IMG/VR virus record: IMGVR_UViG_3300023181_000026
Coordinates: 32,001 to 96,000 of that record
Source: a virus
Strand: one strand, 5' to 3'
DNA length: 64,000 nt
Part shown: positions 30,304 to 40,073 of the stretch, piece after piece
Numbering within the stretch: the stretch's first letter is position 1
Layout: every line of letters begins with the position of its first letter
Notes under the pieces: generated by a model
What the model saw: the letters and a program-made list of their open reading frames with translations, nothing else
Told to the model about the DNA's origin: nothing
Database searches by the model: none
Program-made: the position numbers and the translations under genes

Positions 30304-30858
30304 TTAAGATGTTTCGTTAAATAAATCCCCTGTTGCTGAATATGTTGTAGTCGTCACTCTTCTTATATTTACTCTCCCCCAAGTTTGAATAGCATCATTA
30401 GTATCTGTATTAACAGTTGGTACTACAAATAAAGGGGCTGTATCATACTCTTGTTCTATTTTAATTGTTTCCGCCATTTCTCCATTTACAAATAAATTAC
30501 ATTCAAAATTAGAAGGTAAGGCAGAGTTTATAGCAATTCTTGGAACATTTACAGCAGAGTTAATTATTATATTCTTTCTATTATCAATGGTTTGTAAATT
30601 ATAAGTCCCATCAATATCTAAAGTCTTATCTGTGAATGCTTGTCCTGCTGCTTCTAAAGCTATTATTCTACTATTTTTATTTATTAAATCTAAAGTAATC
30701 GCTGAGTTAACTTCAGTTTGTGTAGATTCTGCTGACAAAGATAGGTATACTATAGCCGTAGGAGTTGATATGCAGTCTGTAGAAAAGTACATTCCATCAC
30801 AAGGATCAGGAGTGTTATTTACTACTACGTTGGTGTTTTTTGGGCAGTCTATGGGCAT
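30304..30858 (-). CDS. Tail-associated structural protein
   Basis: N-terminal CDGMYFSTDCI module like its neighbours; located in the tail cluster. Confidence 0.55.
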   Translation of the reverse strand: MPIDCPKNTNVVVNNTPDPCDGMYFSTDCISTPTAIVYLSLSAESTQTEVNSAITLDLINKNSRIIALEAAGQAFTDKTLDIDGTYNLQTIDNRKNIIINSAVNVPRIAINSALPSNFECNLFVNGEMAETIKIEQEYDTAPLFVVPTVNTDTNDAIQTWGRVNIRRVTTTTYSATGDLFNETS

Positions 30859-31205
30859 TGATTCTCTTGTAATTGTTGAACTTGTGATTCTAAAATTGAT
30901 ACTCTTTCAGTTAGAGCTTCTATAGTAGTTTGCTGAGTGCAAATAAATGTCTGTATATTTTCCAGAGCTGTATTTACTTTTATTTCGCCCGAAGCGTAAG
31001 TTATACATCCGTCTCTTAAATTTTCTAAATCAGAATCTTCTTTTATTTCTTCTATTAAGGAATAAATATCTTCTGTTATCTCTTGCATATCTAAGCAATC
31101 ATCTTCTGATAGACTTGATATTTCTGGTATTGTTCCTTGGTATTCTACACATGTTGCGTAGTTTTTAGAACAAGTATTTTTTGGTTTAAATTTACCTACG
31201 CACAT
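30849..31205 (-). CDS. Tail-associated structural protein with coiled-coil C-terminus
   Basis: CSKNYATCVEYQG module; heptad-like C-terminus. Confidence 0.55.
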   Translation of the reverse strand: MCVGKFKPKNTCSKNYATCVEYQGTIPEISSLSEDDCLDMQEITEDIYSLIEEIKEDSDLENLRDGCITYASGEIKVNTALENIQTFICTQQTTIEALTERVSILESQVQQLQENQCP

Positions 31206-31231
31206 CTTTTCTTTTTTATTATTTTTAATTT

Positions 31232-31260
31232 AAGGAGGGCATATTTCAACCCTCCTTTTT
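31232..31260. terminator. Intergenic GC-rich hairpin (T-tract on the + side)
   Basis: AAGGAGGG-N10-CCCTCCTT followed by further Ts. Confidence 0.55.
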
Positions 31261-31275
31261 ATAAATATTTGATTA

Positions 31276-31512
31276 TTAAGCTTTTGGCTTCCTGGGTTTT
31301 GGTTTTGGTATACCAACTTCTAAAATAGCCTCCTGAGTAAAAGGTGTCCAATCTACCTCTTCAAAGTCAAGTGGATCAAGTTTGGTTATAGCATCATCTA
31401 AATTAGCAAGCCATTCTCCTGCTGGATTTTTCTTGATATCATAATCAAAATCTTTGTCTTGTAGTAAAGAACACGCTGTGTCTTCTGAAATTTTTGCAAC
31501 TCTTTCTGCCAT
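31276..31512 (-). CDS. Small protein downstream of tail fibre, with basic Pro-rich C-terminus
   Basis: 78 aa, ends EVGIPKPKPRKPKA. Confidence 0.7.
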   Translation of the reverse strand: MAERVAKISEDTACSLLQDKDFDYDIKKNPAGEWLANLDDAITKLDPLDFEEVDWTPFTQEAILEVGIPKPKPRKPKA

Positions 31513-31538
31513 TTTTTATTTATTTGTGATTTAAATTA

Positions 31539-32894
31539 TTAGTATTGTATTTCTTGTCCAACTGTAAATGCTGCACTTCCAGCACCACTAGTAACAGCCC
31601 TTAGTCTAACATACCATCCTGCTTGTACTTCCCCTTGAACATTGTTGGTAGAAGTTTTATTAAGAGCTACTGCAACTGCTACGGCATCTGAAAATCCTGC
31701 TTGACTTATACTTGTCCAAGTTGAGTTATTAGGACTAACTTCTAGGTATACCATTGAACTTCCTGACGATAAAAGTAATGTAAGAGCTATAGTGTGAGTT
31801 ATTGTATAACTAACTCTAGTATTTCTAGTAGTTGATATCTGCACTCCTGCTGCATTAATAGTTTTTACAGCAGTATTGTTAAAACTAGGCGAACTTACTG
31901 TATAATTAGGAATATTTATGTTTCCTGTACTATTGTCATAAGTTGCCGCTCCTGAAGTGCCTGTAGTTGTTAAACTTATAGCTGCTCTAACTCCTGCTTG
32001 ATTTATTCCATCTGTAATACCATATCCTGCTAAAGTTGTAGGTTTTCCTGTAAGTGAACTAAAACTCTGTGGAGGAACTGTTGTTAGAAATCCTGCTCCG
32101 TTAGTTAATTGATTAGTATTTGTTGGGATAGTTGGTGTACCTGTTAAAGTACTGTAAGGAATATTAGACCCTGTTGCTATTGCTCCTACATCAGAAGCAT
32201 TCAAAGTAACTGCGCCTGTTTTTGTATTTACAGACGTAACAGGATAATTTACAGTTGGTATAGTTGGTTTATTTGCCAAATCTACATAGTTACCACTTGT
32301 AGCCACATTTGCTAGCCCTGATATCTTTGATGCATTTAAGGCTGTTATCCATGCAGGATTATTATAACTTTCATCTGTAGAGACATTTCCTACTTGCCAA
32401 CTTATATTGGTCTCTAAAGTTTTTGTAATTCCATTAACCGTTATACTTCTATTAAGTGGAGCTTTTGTAGCTATTTCAGATTCCATATTAGCTATAGCTG
32501 TATTAGCTACAGGTACGCTCATAAACTGAGAATCATCCACACTCAATTCATTTGAACTCATTAATAACCCACTCCCTGCTGTTATCTTATTCTCTAAGTC
32601 ATTGTAATCCCCCGTAAAAGCTACATCAGAAAATGCAGGTTTATTTAAAGTTGTACCCCAATCAGAAGATGTCATACTTTTAAGATATCTACCTGGATCT
32701 GTTTCTAAAAGTTCATTCGGCTTTAAGACGGTTGTGCCATTATCTTCTAACATAGAATTCTCATCAAAATACCAAGTTTCTAATGGTTTAGGGTTTTCGT
32801 AATCTACTGTCACTACGGCTACAGCTTGTCCGTGAGCTAACAGGTAATCTCTCATGTCAGTTAAATCATAAACATTAAGATAATCTCTAATCAA
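31539..32894 (-). CDS. Tail fibre protein
   Basis: Fibre repeats VATSGNYVDLANKPTIP, SFSSLTGKPTTLAGYGITD, VTSVNTKTGAVTL; TTG start. Confidence 0.75.
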   Translation of the reverse strand: MIRDYLNVYDLTDMRDYLLAHGQAVAVVTVDYENPKPLETWYFDENSMLEDNGTTVLKPNELLETDPGRYLKSMTSSDWGTTLNKPAFSDVAFTGDYNDLENKITAGSGLLMSSNELSVDDSQFMSVPVANTAIANMESEIATKAPLNRSITVNGITKTLETNISWQVGNVSTDESYNNPAWITALNASKISGLANVATSGNYVDLANKPTIPTVNYPVTSVNTKTGAVTLNASDVGAIATGSNIPYSTLTGTPTIPTNTNQLTNGAGFLTTVPPQSFSSLTGKPTTLAGYGITDGINQAGVRAAISLTTTGTSGAATYDNSTGNINIPNYTVSSPSFNNTAVKTINAAGVQISTTRNTRVSYTITHTIALTLLLSSGSSMVYLEVSPNNSTWTSISQAGFSDAVAVAVALNKTSTNNVQGEVQAGWYVRLRAVTSGAGSAAFTVGQEIQY

Positions 32895-32916
32895 TTTTAT
32901 ATTTGTTTTTGGGTTA

Positions 32917-35900
32917 CTATTTGAAAACTTTTACTGTAAATGTTGCACTTGTAGGATTAATAGCTGCTACAGAAAAATTAATAAATCTTACTGTAACTGT
33001 GTTAGTTGCTGATACAAAAGCTGTGTATAAAGAAGCAGCTGCTGGAGTAGGAGAACCTAAACTCACTGCATCTCCTATTGATGCACCTGTAACTGCTATT
33101 GTTAAGTCTGACGAAGCATTTGCTGCCGTTGAAGGAAAATCTAAAGTTGCTGATCCTGTTAAAGTATTTCCTGCCAGTATTTGTAAAGCATTCTGAATAC
33201 TTGTAGCTGCTGTAATTGTACCAACAGTAGGTGTCCAACCAACTAATGAAACATTTCCTCTTACAGCAGCTGAAAAGTTTACAGAACTTCCATCACCTCT
33301 TATATATGTGGCAGATGTGCCCGAACCAGTCCATGCTATAGAACTACCTGTAAAGTATGGAAGTCCATTTCCTGAAAGAGTGTCTTGTTTCGTACCTAAT
33401 GCTGTGAAAACTCCGCCACTTGATACAGCATTCGGACTTCCAGATGTTGGCATATCATCAATAGTAACTCCACCTCCAGATATAGCTCCATCAACATATT
33501 CCTTTGTTACTAAAGTCTTAGCTCCATAAATATAAGTTGAACCAGAAGGATAATTAAGTCCTATATTATTATTGTCAGTAAATACTCTTGTGTTATCTAC
33601 TATATTAGTTGAAGTTCCGCTAAATGGAGTTGTTAGACCATTATATATACCTGAATGAAGTATCGTTAAACCTCTATCATAAATATTACTTATCTCTACA
33701 TTCCTCATACCTCCCGAAGAAGGGTTTAAATATATTGCAGGGAAAGTGTTATTCTTCGCTTTAGTAAAATTAGTAATTGTAGATTCTGCTAAAGTTCCTT
33801 GTAAATTAATTCCATATCTGGAATTATACATTTTTATATTATCAATACTGATATTCCTACAAGTACCCATAGGAGTAGCTCCTCCATAATCAGGATTAAA
33901 TGATCCAAATATAGCAAAACCTCCTGTAATTTCACGCGTCAATTCAGAAGCTACAGAGCTATCAGTAATGTTTCTAAGACTTACATTGTATATTTCAGAG
34001 CCCATTGTATTTAAACATCTAAAAATACTGTTATAACAATATACATTAGCGTTTTCAATTATAATGTCATGAATATTATCATACTCAGGCATATATGTTT
34101 GTCCTGTAACAGTTGGAGTGTTTAAATTACCTGGTACATCGTCAGGAGAGGCTAGACCAGCTCCTAATATCCCTGCTGTAAATAAATTATCATCTGTATG
34201 ACCTGTAATATTAATAAATCTACCAAAAGATCCTCCCATTACATTTTTAATACCATCGCAATTAGGAAATCTTTGAGGAATCCCGTTAATGTCGCGATCT
34301 CTAGGACTATCTAAATGAATGCGCATAGCGTCATAATAGGTACATCTTTCAAAGCTTATGGAATAACCATGAGCATTTCTAACAGTTACTCCCTCTATAC
34401 TACAATTATCTGTAAAACAAAAGGCAACCATAATATTACGCCAATCTCCTGTCTGTTTTTCTGATGGGTTGGCTGCATCTGATCCATAGGCATAAACTAC
34501 TCCAGAAGGTGGTGTTGCCGTAGAAGTAAGGCTTAAGGTTTTGTTATTGTCACCAGAAGATCTAGGATTATCAGCTCCTTCTAATATTGCACTGCCAATA
34601 CCTATTATGTGTATATTTTCTTTTGGATTCAGCCAAGGCTCAGAAATACCTATACCTGTATTTACTGTCCTGAATAGATTATCTCTTGAAGTATCTGATA
34701 ACTTTAATTTGCTGTCTACAATGTATATTACTGTATTTGTATCTAGTAAAATAGCGTTATCTATCATCCAAACATTAGAGCCTCTCTGTTCGTTATAGCC
34801 TATCCATACAACTTTACTGTTATTTTGAGAAACATAGTCGGCGGCTTGCTGTATTCTTTCAGTATCTGTTCCTTCAAAGTTTTCTGGATATACAAAATTA
34901 GAGCTATCTAAAAAAGACTGTAAAACTACGTCATTACCATCAAAAATTAAATTGCCTGCCGTAGTAGAATCTTGATTAGGTGTTTTAGAATAGGGCTCTA
35001 GCTCTATATTTGGAGTGATTTGAAAACCTGTGGCTCTAAAAGCTTTGCCTGAATTACCTGCAAATTGTATAATTCCATTTGATGTAAGAGATGTAGTTGG
35101 AGTGAAACTCGCACTAACTCTGTATATATCGTCTGATATTAATTCCACTACAGGATAAAGAGACGCATGAATATTACCTATCTTTAGACTAAAGTCTGCG
35201 TTTGATTGCGCCGATGTAAATCCTACCACAGGTTTAGAATTGTCATCCATTTTTACATAAACAGAAAGGTTATATGTAACTCCTGCTTGTAGCGTAGCAC
35301 CGTACCAATTTTTATTTGTTCCTAAAGTTCCTCCAAACCTAACGGCTGTGGTGAAATCATTAATACCCCAATTAAAACTTTCATATGTTATGTTAGAGGC
35401 TGTACCTTCATTTTCAGTTGGCTCTGAATTTAGAAATAAATTAAACTGCTGCTTTCTTCTGGTTACAAGATTATAATTATTAATATATAATCCTCTGTAT
35501 TCTAAACCACCTAATGCTGCCGATTGATCATTTTCAAAGACAGGTAGCCCTATAGCTGTAGCTTTATTATTTATTTCTAGAATCCCTGTACTACTTATCG
35601 TACCCGAAGTTTGTATATTTTTATCCTGATAATCTCCTGTATTATTAACTAAAAATTCCCCTTTATAAATAGCACTTCTTTCTAAATTTAGATATATTGC
35701 TTCAAGATTAGTATCAGAATTTACAAACATTACATCTTCAAAAGACCCATCGTTTTTAGAAATATAAGTCTCTAATATATCTTGCCAATTAATTAAATCT
35801 TGGGATACCAGCATTCCAGCTCTTGCGCCAGATGTCCCTGTAGGTGATGTCATTCCATGAACTGTCATGTAATACAATCCATTATGTACTTTTATGTCAT

Positions 35901-37068
35901 CGGGTATAATTGCAGATCCCCAATCTATGGTAGCATTTGATATATTATATGAAGGTTTTGATTGATTAAATCCTGATCCCACAGCTACAGGATTTTCATT
36001 TTTAATAAAGCTTATGCCGTCCGTACTAGTTGCTAGCCCTATTGCTCCTGTTTGCCTTCTTGGTGCGTCAATCCCTTCATAGTATAAATAAAACGTTCCT
36101 TCATTATAATAAGTTAAAGGACTTCCCACTGAGTCAGCATCCCAATCTTCTCCACTACCGCTAGTTAAAACAATTCCTTGATTATCCCAATTTATTAAGT
36201 CTAAAGAGGTGTGTAATTGTATAGTTTTTATATTATTACTAGACTCTTCACTGTAGCAATAATAAGTCCCATCTACTTTTATAACATAAGGGTCTTCTGC
36301 GGGGGTATCAAATAGTAGTCCGTTTTTGATGAACGTTTTTCCCTCGTCCGTACTAATAGCCATTCCAACTCTTGAATCTATACCTGCTGTTCCATTTACA
36401 CCTGTATAAAAAATATAGTGTTTTTTATCTTCATCAATAAAATAATTTCCTATCTCTCTAAGTGTAGAATCCCATTCACCCGTAGAGGCTTCTATTAAAG
36501 GGTCGGGGTAAGGAGCATTCGATATGTAGTTGAATGAAAGATTGTTTATTAAACTTTGGTTACTTATTAACTCTTTAACTGTACCTACATCTGGAATACT
36601 TCTCTCGTCTGTTATTTGTTTTGCACTGTAATCTTGGGCGTATCTTAGACCCTTACTTTCTTTTGTATCTAGTATTTCTATTCCTTCAGGACTTCCTGAT
36701 GCTCCGCTTGGGTATTGAATACCTACATAACCTTCTGGGGCATTATTACCTATAGAAAATCCTTCTGGGTATAAAGATAGCATCCCTCCTTCACTTGTCT
36801 CACTACTTATCGATTGTAGTAAAATATTTGTAGGGACACTTCCGTCACTCCCTGTCTCTAAAACTTTTTGAAGGTTTGGACTTACACCCCCCCCTCCGTC
36901 TCCTATAAGATAGGGAATAGCATTAGCGTCTGTAACATACATTTGTATATCTTCACCAGACTTTATAAAATATATTGTGTGTGCTGTTAAATCTTTTTGT
37001 GCGGGAAGCCCTAACAAGAAGTTATGAGCCACGATTGGAATACAATGATTCAAATTATTATTTTTCAT
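32917..37068 (-). CDS. Multi-domain tailspike/depolymerase: five-bladed propeller glycosidase-like domain, carbohydrate-binding-like domain, pectin-lyase-like beta-helix
   Basis: Propeller repeats (VGMAISTDEGKTF, AEDPYVIKVDGTYYCY, IGLATSTDGISF) and the beta-helix opening motif YPENFEGTDTERIQQAAD. Confidence 0.75.
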   Translation of the reverse strand: MKNNNLNHCIPIVAHNFLLGLPAQKDLTAHTIYFIKSGEDIQMYVTDANAIPYLIGDGGGGVSPNLQKVLETGSDGSVPTNILLQSISSETSEGGMLSLYPEGFSIGNNAPEGYVGIQYPSGASGSPEGIEILDTKESKGLRYAQDYSAKQITDERSIPDVGTVKELISNQSLINNLSFNYISNAPYPDPLIEASTGEWDSTLREIGNYFIDEDKKHYIFYTGVNGTAGIDSRVGMAISTDEGKTFIKNGLLFDTPAEDPYVIKVDGTYYCYSEESSNNIKTIQLHTSLDLINWDNQGIVLTSGSGEDWDADSVGSPLTYYNEGTFYLYYEGIDAPRRQTGAIGLATSTDGISFIKNENPVAVGSGFNQSKPSYNISNATIDWGSAIIPDDIKVHNGLYYMTVHGMTSPTGTSGARAGMLVSQDLINWQDILETYISKNDGSFEDVMFVNSDTNLEAIYLNLERSAIYKGEFLVNNTGDYQDKNIQTSGTISSTGILEINNKATAIGLPVFENDQSAALGGLEYRGLYINNYNLVTRRKQQFNLFLNSEPTENEGTASNITYESFNWGINDFTTAVRFGGTLGTNKNWYGATLQAGVTYNLSVYVKMDDNSKPVVGFTSAQSNADFSLKIGNIHASLYPVVELISDDIYRVSASFTPTTSLTSNGIIQFAGNSGKAFRATGFQITPNIELEPYSKTPNQDSTTAGNLIFDGNDVVLQSFLDSSNFVYPENFEGTDTERIQQAADYVSQNNSKVVWIGYNEQRGSNVWMIDNAILLDTNTVIYIVDSKLKLSDTSRDNLFRTVNTGIGISEPWLNPKENIHIIGIGSAILEGADNPRSSGDNNKTLSLTSTATPPSGVVYAYGSDAANPSEKQTGDWRNIMVAFCFTDNCSIEGVTVRNAHGYSISFERCTYYDAMRIHLDSPRDRDINGIPQRFPNCDGIKNVMGGSFGRFINITGHTDDNLFTAGILGAGLASPDDVPGNLNTPTVTGQTYMPEYDNIHDIIIENANVYCYNSIFRCLNTMGSEIYNVSLRNITDSSVASELTREITGGFAIFGSFNPDYGGATPMGTCRNISIDNIKMYNSRYGINLQGTLAESTITNFTKAKNNTFPAIYLNPSSGGMRNVEISNIYDRGLTILHSGIYNGLTTPFSGTSTNIVDNTRVFTDNNNIGLNYPSGSTYIYGAKTLVTKEYVDGAISGGGVTIDDMPTSGSPNAVSSGGVFTALGTKQDTLSGNGLPYFTGSSIAWTGSGTSATYIRGDGSSVNFSAAVRGNVSLVGWTPTVGTITAATSIQNALQILAGNTLTGSATLDFPSTAANASSDLTIAVTGASIGDAVSLGSPTPAAASLYTAFVSATNTVTVRFINFSVAAINPTSATFTVKVFK

Positions 37069-37072
37069 TTTC

Positions 37073-37396
37073 TTACCAGTCTGTTTTACCTAAGTTAGAG
37101 GTTATTTGACAAACGGCATGGGGTTTACATTCTTTAGTGTGATCTTTCTTTTTCGGTTTATTTTTCCTATGGCATTCGTACCCCCTTTCTCTTTTTATCA
37201 TTTCAGAAACTTCGCAACTAGGAATCTTTAAAATATTATAATAAGCTAATAGCCACAAATATTTCTTCTTATCTCCTAAACAGTCTACTTTAAATTTATC
37301 ATTTAAGAACATATTATCCCCTTCAGAAATTAATTGTTCTCTGAAGTCATTGTATAAGTTCTCTTGATTTATTTTTAGTATCTGTTGTTGTGACAT
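37073..37396 (-). CDS. Conserved tail-region protein
   Basis: ORF tightly packed in the structural operon. Confidence 0.6.
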   Translation of the reverse strand: MSQQQILKINQENLYNDFREQLISEGDNMFLNDKFKVDCLGDKKKYLWLLAYYNILKIPSCEVSEMIKRERGYECHRKNKPKKKDHTKECKPHAVCQITSNLGKTDW

Positions 37397-37911
37397 TCTT
37401 TACAGTTTAATATATTTTGAGCTTCTTCAAAAAATCTTTGTGCTTCTTTTATTTCGCCAACAGTTGTGTGTGCTATTGCTTTTTCTAAGTAGAAGTCTGA
37501 TTTTTGTATAAGTTCAAATTTTTGTTTAGTGACATCATTGTAATGAAATCCTATTTCTATAAGTTTTTTGGCGCGATTTAAATTATGAACATCTGTTTTT
37601 AGATAATATTTCTCTTCAAAGAATTCTGATTGAGCAGAGAAGACCCTTATTTTCCAAATTCCATCACTCAAATCCGACAACTCATCATCACAATCAGAAC
37701 ATCCTAAATAAAGTGTCTCACTGTTAAATTCACTTATAGTCTTCTTATTAAATGTGTAAGTTATAGCCTCGTTAGAACCTGGAGGTGTTATTGAAATATA
37801 GCTTGCGTCATCATAATATATTAACCAATTACTATAATCTCCAATAAGTAGAACCTTTGGATCTTTTGAATCAAATACTTGAAATCTTATTTCTACTTTT
37901 CCTGTTGGCAT
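37375..37911 (-). CDS. Conserved tail-region structural protein
   Basis: LSDGIWKIRV...KYYLKTD segment and terminal CKEC resemble crAss-like tail-region proteins. Confidence 0.6.
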   Translation of the reverse strand: MPTGKVEIRFQVFDSKDPKVLLIGDYSNWLIYYDDASYISITPPGSNEAITYTFNKKTISEFNSETLYLGCSDCDDELSDLSDGIWKIRVFSAQSEFFEEKYYLKTDVHNLNRAKKLIEIGFHYNDVTKQKFELIQKSDFYLEKAIAHTTVGEIKEAQRFFEEAQNILNCKECHNNRY

Positions 37912-37916
37912 GATAT

Positions 37917-38030
37917 TTATGCTTCTAATTCTTCAATCCTTGCTTCTAAGGCATCAATTTGAGCTTGCATTTGATTGATTACTAAATTTAATTTTTGTGG
38001 TAATCCGAACCAAGTAAATAATATTTCCAT
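37917..38030 (-). CDS. 37-aa coiled-coil microprotein (not in ORF track)
   Basis: MEILFTWFGLPQKLNLVINQMQAQIDALEARIEELEA*; exactly fills the gap between its neighbours. Confidence 0.65.
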   Translation of the reverse strand: MEILFTWFGLPQKLNLVINQMQAQIDALEARIEELEA

Positions 38031-38032
38031 TT

Positions 38033-38671
38033 TTAAAATTCTATTATTGTTTTTATTCCTACTGTTTTATCTGTTGTCGCTGTTCCTAGTATACTTATTG
38101 TTCTGTATCTATATCCTATCCCTGCTTCATAATTAGTTTTTTGCGTATCCAGATTTCTATTTATTCCTCCCATTATAAGGATACCTGTAGTTTTATTTTT
38201 TACAGTTGTTACTTCTTTTAATGTTTCTTTAACTGTTGTTTTTATTTCTTTGCGCAGATATTTTATTTCATTATTATCAAGCTTTCCATAAACAGTTGTT
38301 TTTACATTTATCTTTACGTTTTCATCTTCAAAATCTGAACTATACTCTCTTTTTCTTGCGGCATCTGCTAAAACTTTATATCTTGAAATAGAATCTTTAG
38401 CTGATTTAAGCTCATCTAAGAGGCTTTCTTGTAGTGGGGAGGGCAAGTATATAGGTTTGCCTATAAAGACTGTGTCAGGCTCTGAAACAGGTATTTCTGA
38501 CTGATTTGAAGGCTCTTTAAATTCTCCTGATACTTCAGGTATTTTTACTTCCTTATCTGTTATTGTAATTTTAGTTTCTTCGGTAGTGTCACAACTTTTA
38601 GTTAAAGATAAAATTATAAGTACTATAACTGCTATGCCTAATACATAATGCTTCCAATCTAGATTTTTCAT
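38033..38671 (-). CDS. Spanin-like membrane/lipoprotein of the lysis cassette
   Basis: N-terminal hydrophobic helix followed by TKSC (lipobox-like Cys); C-terminal alternating beta-strands ending in Phe; directly after the endolysin. Confidence 0.5.
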   Translation of the reverse strand: MKNLDWKHYVLGIAVIVLIILSLTKSCDTTEETKITITDKEVKIPEVSGEFKEPSNQSEIPVSEPDTVFIGKPIYLPSPLQESLLDELKSAKDSISRYKVLADAARKREYSSDFEDENVKINVKTTVYGKLDNNEIKYLRKEIKTTVKETLKEVTTVKNKTTGILIMGGINRNLDTQKTNYEAGIGYRYRTISILGTATTDKTVGIKTIIEF

Positions 38672-39258
38672 GCGCCAAATATTTTTTTATTATCTGTTAC
38701 AGCTTCTAATCTGTGTTTAAATCCATTGGCATCACCGTATTTTGAAGTTTTTCTGCCTATATTTATTAAATCACTTATACTGTCAATGTCATCTTTATCC
38801 GCTAATAAATTACCATTTATTTTAGTCCAGAAGTTTATGGCAGCGATTATAGAATCTGCTTCCGTCAATAGCAAATCAGGATTATTAACATAGTCTATTC
38901 CTGTATCTTTTGTCAACGCTTTGTAATTATCCTTACCTGTAGTCATGATAAAGCCTCTTCCTCTATACTTATAACCTTCCCCCGTAGATTCCAATCCATT
39001 TCCCATTCTACCTCCATAAACCCTATTACCTATAGCTTGAGGCTTTTTTTCGTAGTTTTTAGCTTCTTGTAATGTTTTAAAATACTTAGGAAAGATCTCT
39101 AGTAATCTTTTTGCGGAATAATTTAAATTTTCGGATATAGGTTTTAAGCCAGATTCAGCTTCAAGTTGCCCAAAGAAATGACTTAACCTCAAGGGTGTAT
39201 TTATTTTGGCTTTATTCAGTATAGTTTTGTATTTCTTTGAAAGTTCTAGTGGTGTCAT
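38668..39258 (-). CDS. Endolysin, glycoside hydrolase family 19
   Basis: HFFGQLEAES, ENLNYS and YRGRGFIMTTGKDNY motifs. Confidence 0.9.
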   Translation of the reverse strand: MTPLELSKKYKTILNKAKINTPLRLSHFFGQLEAESGLKPISENLNYSAKRLLEIFPKYFKTLQEAKNYEKKPQAIGNRVYGGRMGNGLESTGEGYKYRGRGFIMTTGKDNYKALTKDTGIDYVNNPDLLLTEADSIIAAINFWTKINGNLLADKDDIDSISDLINIGRKTSKYGDANGFKHRLEAVTDNKKIFGA

Positions 39259-39509
39259 AAATCTTCTTCATTTTTAACTTGTGGCTCTTTTGATTGAAAC
39301 TTCTTATCGAAAATTGTTCCTCCTACCATAGCTGATAAGAATAATAAAAGAGAATCGAAAACTGCTTTTCCTTCTCCATTAGGTGTTTGGTCATAAGCTA
39401 CAAATCCACCCAATAAAAGAGTAAATATAAATGTAATTAATATTATAAAGCTTTTACGGCTGAATTTCCCTGATGGTGTCTGTAGTAGGTCTAATAGAAG
39501 CTTTTTCAT
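39255..39509 (-). CDS. Holin candidate (2 TM)
   Basis: Two hydrophobic helices and a charged C-terminus; adjacent to the endolysin. Confidence 0.65.
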   Translation of the reverse strand: MKKLLLDLLQTPSGKFSRKSFIILITFIFTLLLGGFVAYDQTPNGEGKAVFDSLLLFLSAMVGGTIFDKKFQSKEPQVKNEEDL

Positions 39510-39738
39510 GCGCTAAAGTTATTTTTTGTACTTCTAAGTGGAAGCTGTCTACTTCTTTTTCTATTTTTAAGTTTTTGCTGTATAAGGTAGTGTTTTTTAT
39601 TAGTTGTTCTGTTCTTGCAACATCTACCATATATACTCTCCGCTCACTTAATTCTTCTGTTTTTGGATTTGTGTCGCCAAAATAAATAAAAGCAGAGATG
39701 ACGCAAGATACTCCTGTTAAAATTGTACTCTTAATCAT
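39454..39738 (-). CDS. Small N-terminally anchored lysis-cassette protein
   Basis: Hydrophobic N-terminus; overlaps both neighbours. Confidence 0.45.
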   Translation of the reverse strand: MIKSTILTGVSCVISAFIYFGDTNPKTEELSERRVYMVDVARTEQLIKNTTLYSKNLKIEKEVDSFHLEVQKITLAHEKASIRPTTDTIREIQP

Positions 39739-40073
39739 TTCTTTTTATACTGTTTAATGGTTTCATAATCTTTATAAAGGCGTTCTTGCAATTCGTCATA
39801 CTTCTTACTCCAAAACTCATTAGATTTTTCCAAGTCTGCTTGCCTTTTGTCATTACATTCTTGGATCCGTAAGTTAAGAATAGATATAATACTATCATTT
39901 CTATTAGATCGGCTATCAGAAATATCAGTATCTCTTTCATTGTCAGAATGTAGTCTATAATTTTCGTAAAACATTGCGCCTAAAACTAAAAGTAAAAGAA
40001 ATATCACAGCATTTTTTGGATTTTGTCTTGTTATCCATTGAGATAATTTAATCCATAACGAGATTGCTGTCAT
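39735..40073 (-). CDS. Single-TM coiled-coil protein (holin/antiholin or spanin-like)
   Basis: AVIFLLLLVLGAMFY helix followed by a coiled coil. Confidence 0.5.
   Translation of the reverse strand: MTAISLWIKLSQWITRQNPKNAVIFLLLLVLGAMFYENYRLHSDNERDTDISDSRSNRNDSIISILNLRIQECNDKRQADLEKSNEFWSKKYDELQERLYKDYETIKQYKKK

Noticed and set aside
28871-37068. Diversity-generating retroelement acting on tail fibres
   Set aside because: No reverse transcriptase and no approximately 100-nt adenine-mismatched repeat pair noticed in the window.
39731-39940. 69-aa ORF nested in 39735..40073 (Rz1-like embedded spanin?)
   Set aside because: It has an N-terminal hydrophobic stretch but no lipobox Cys or Pro-rich character; support is insufficient.
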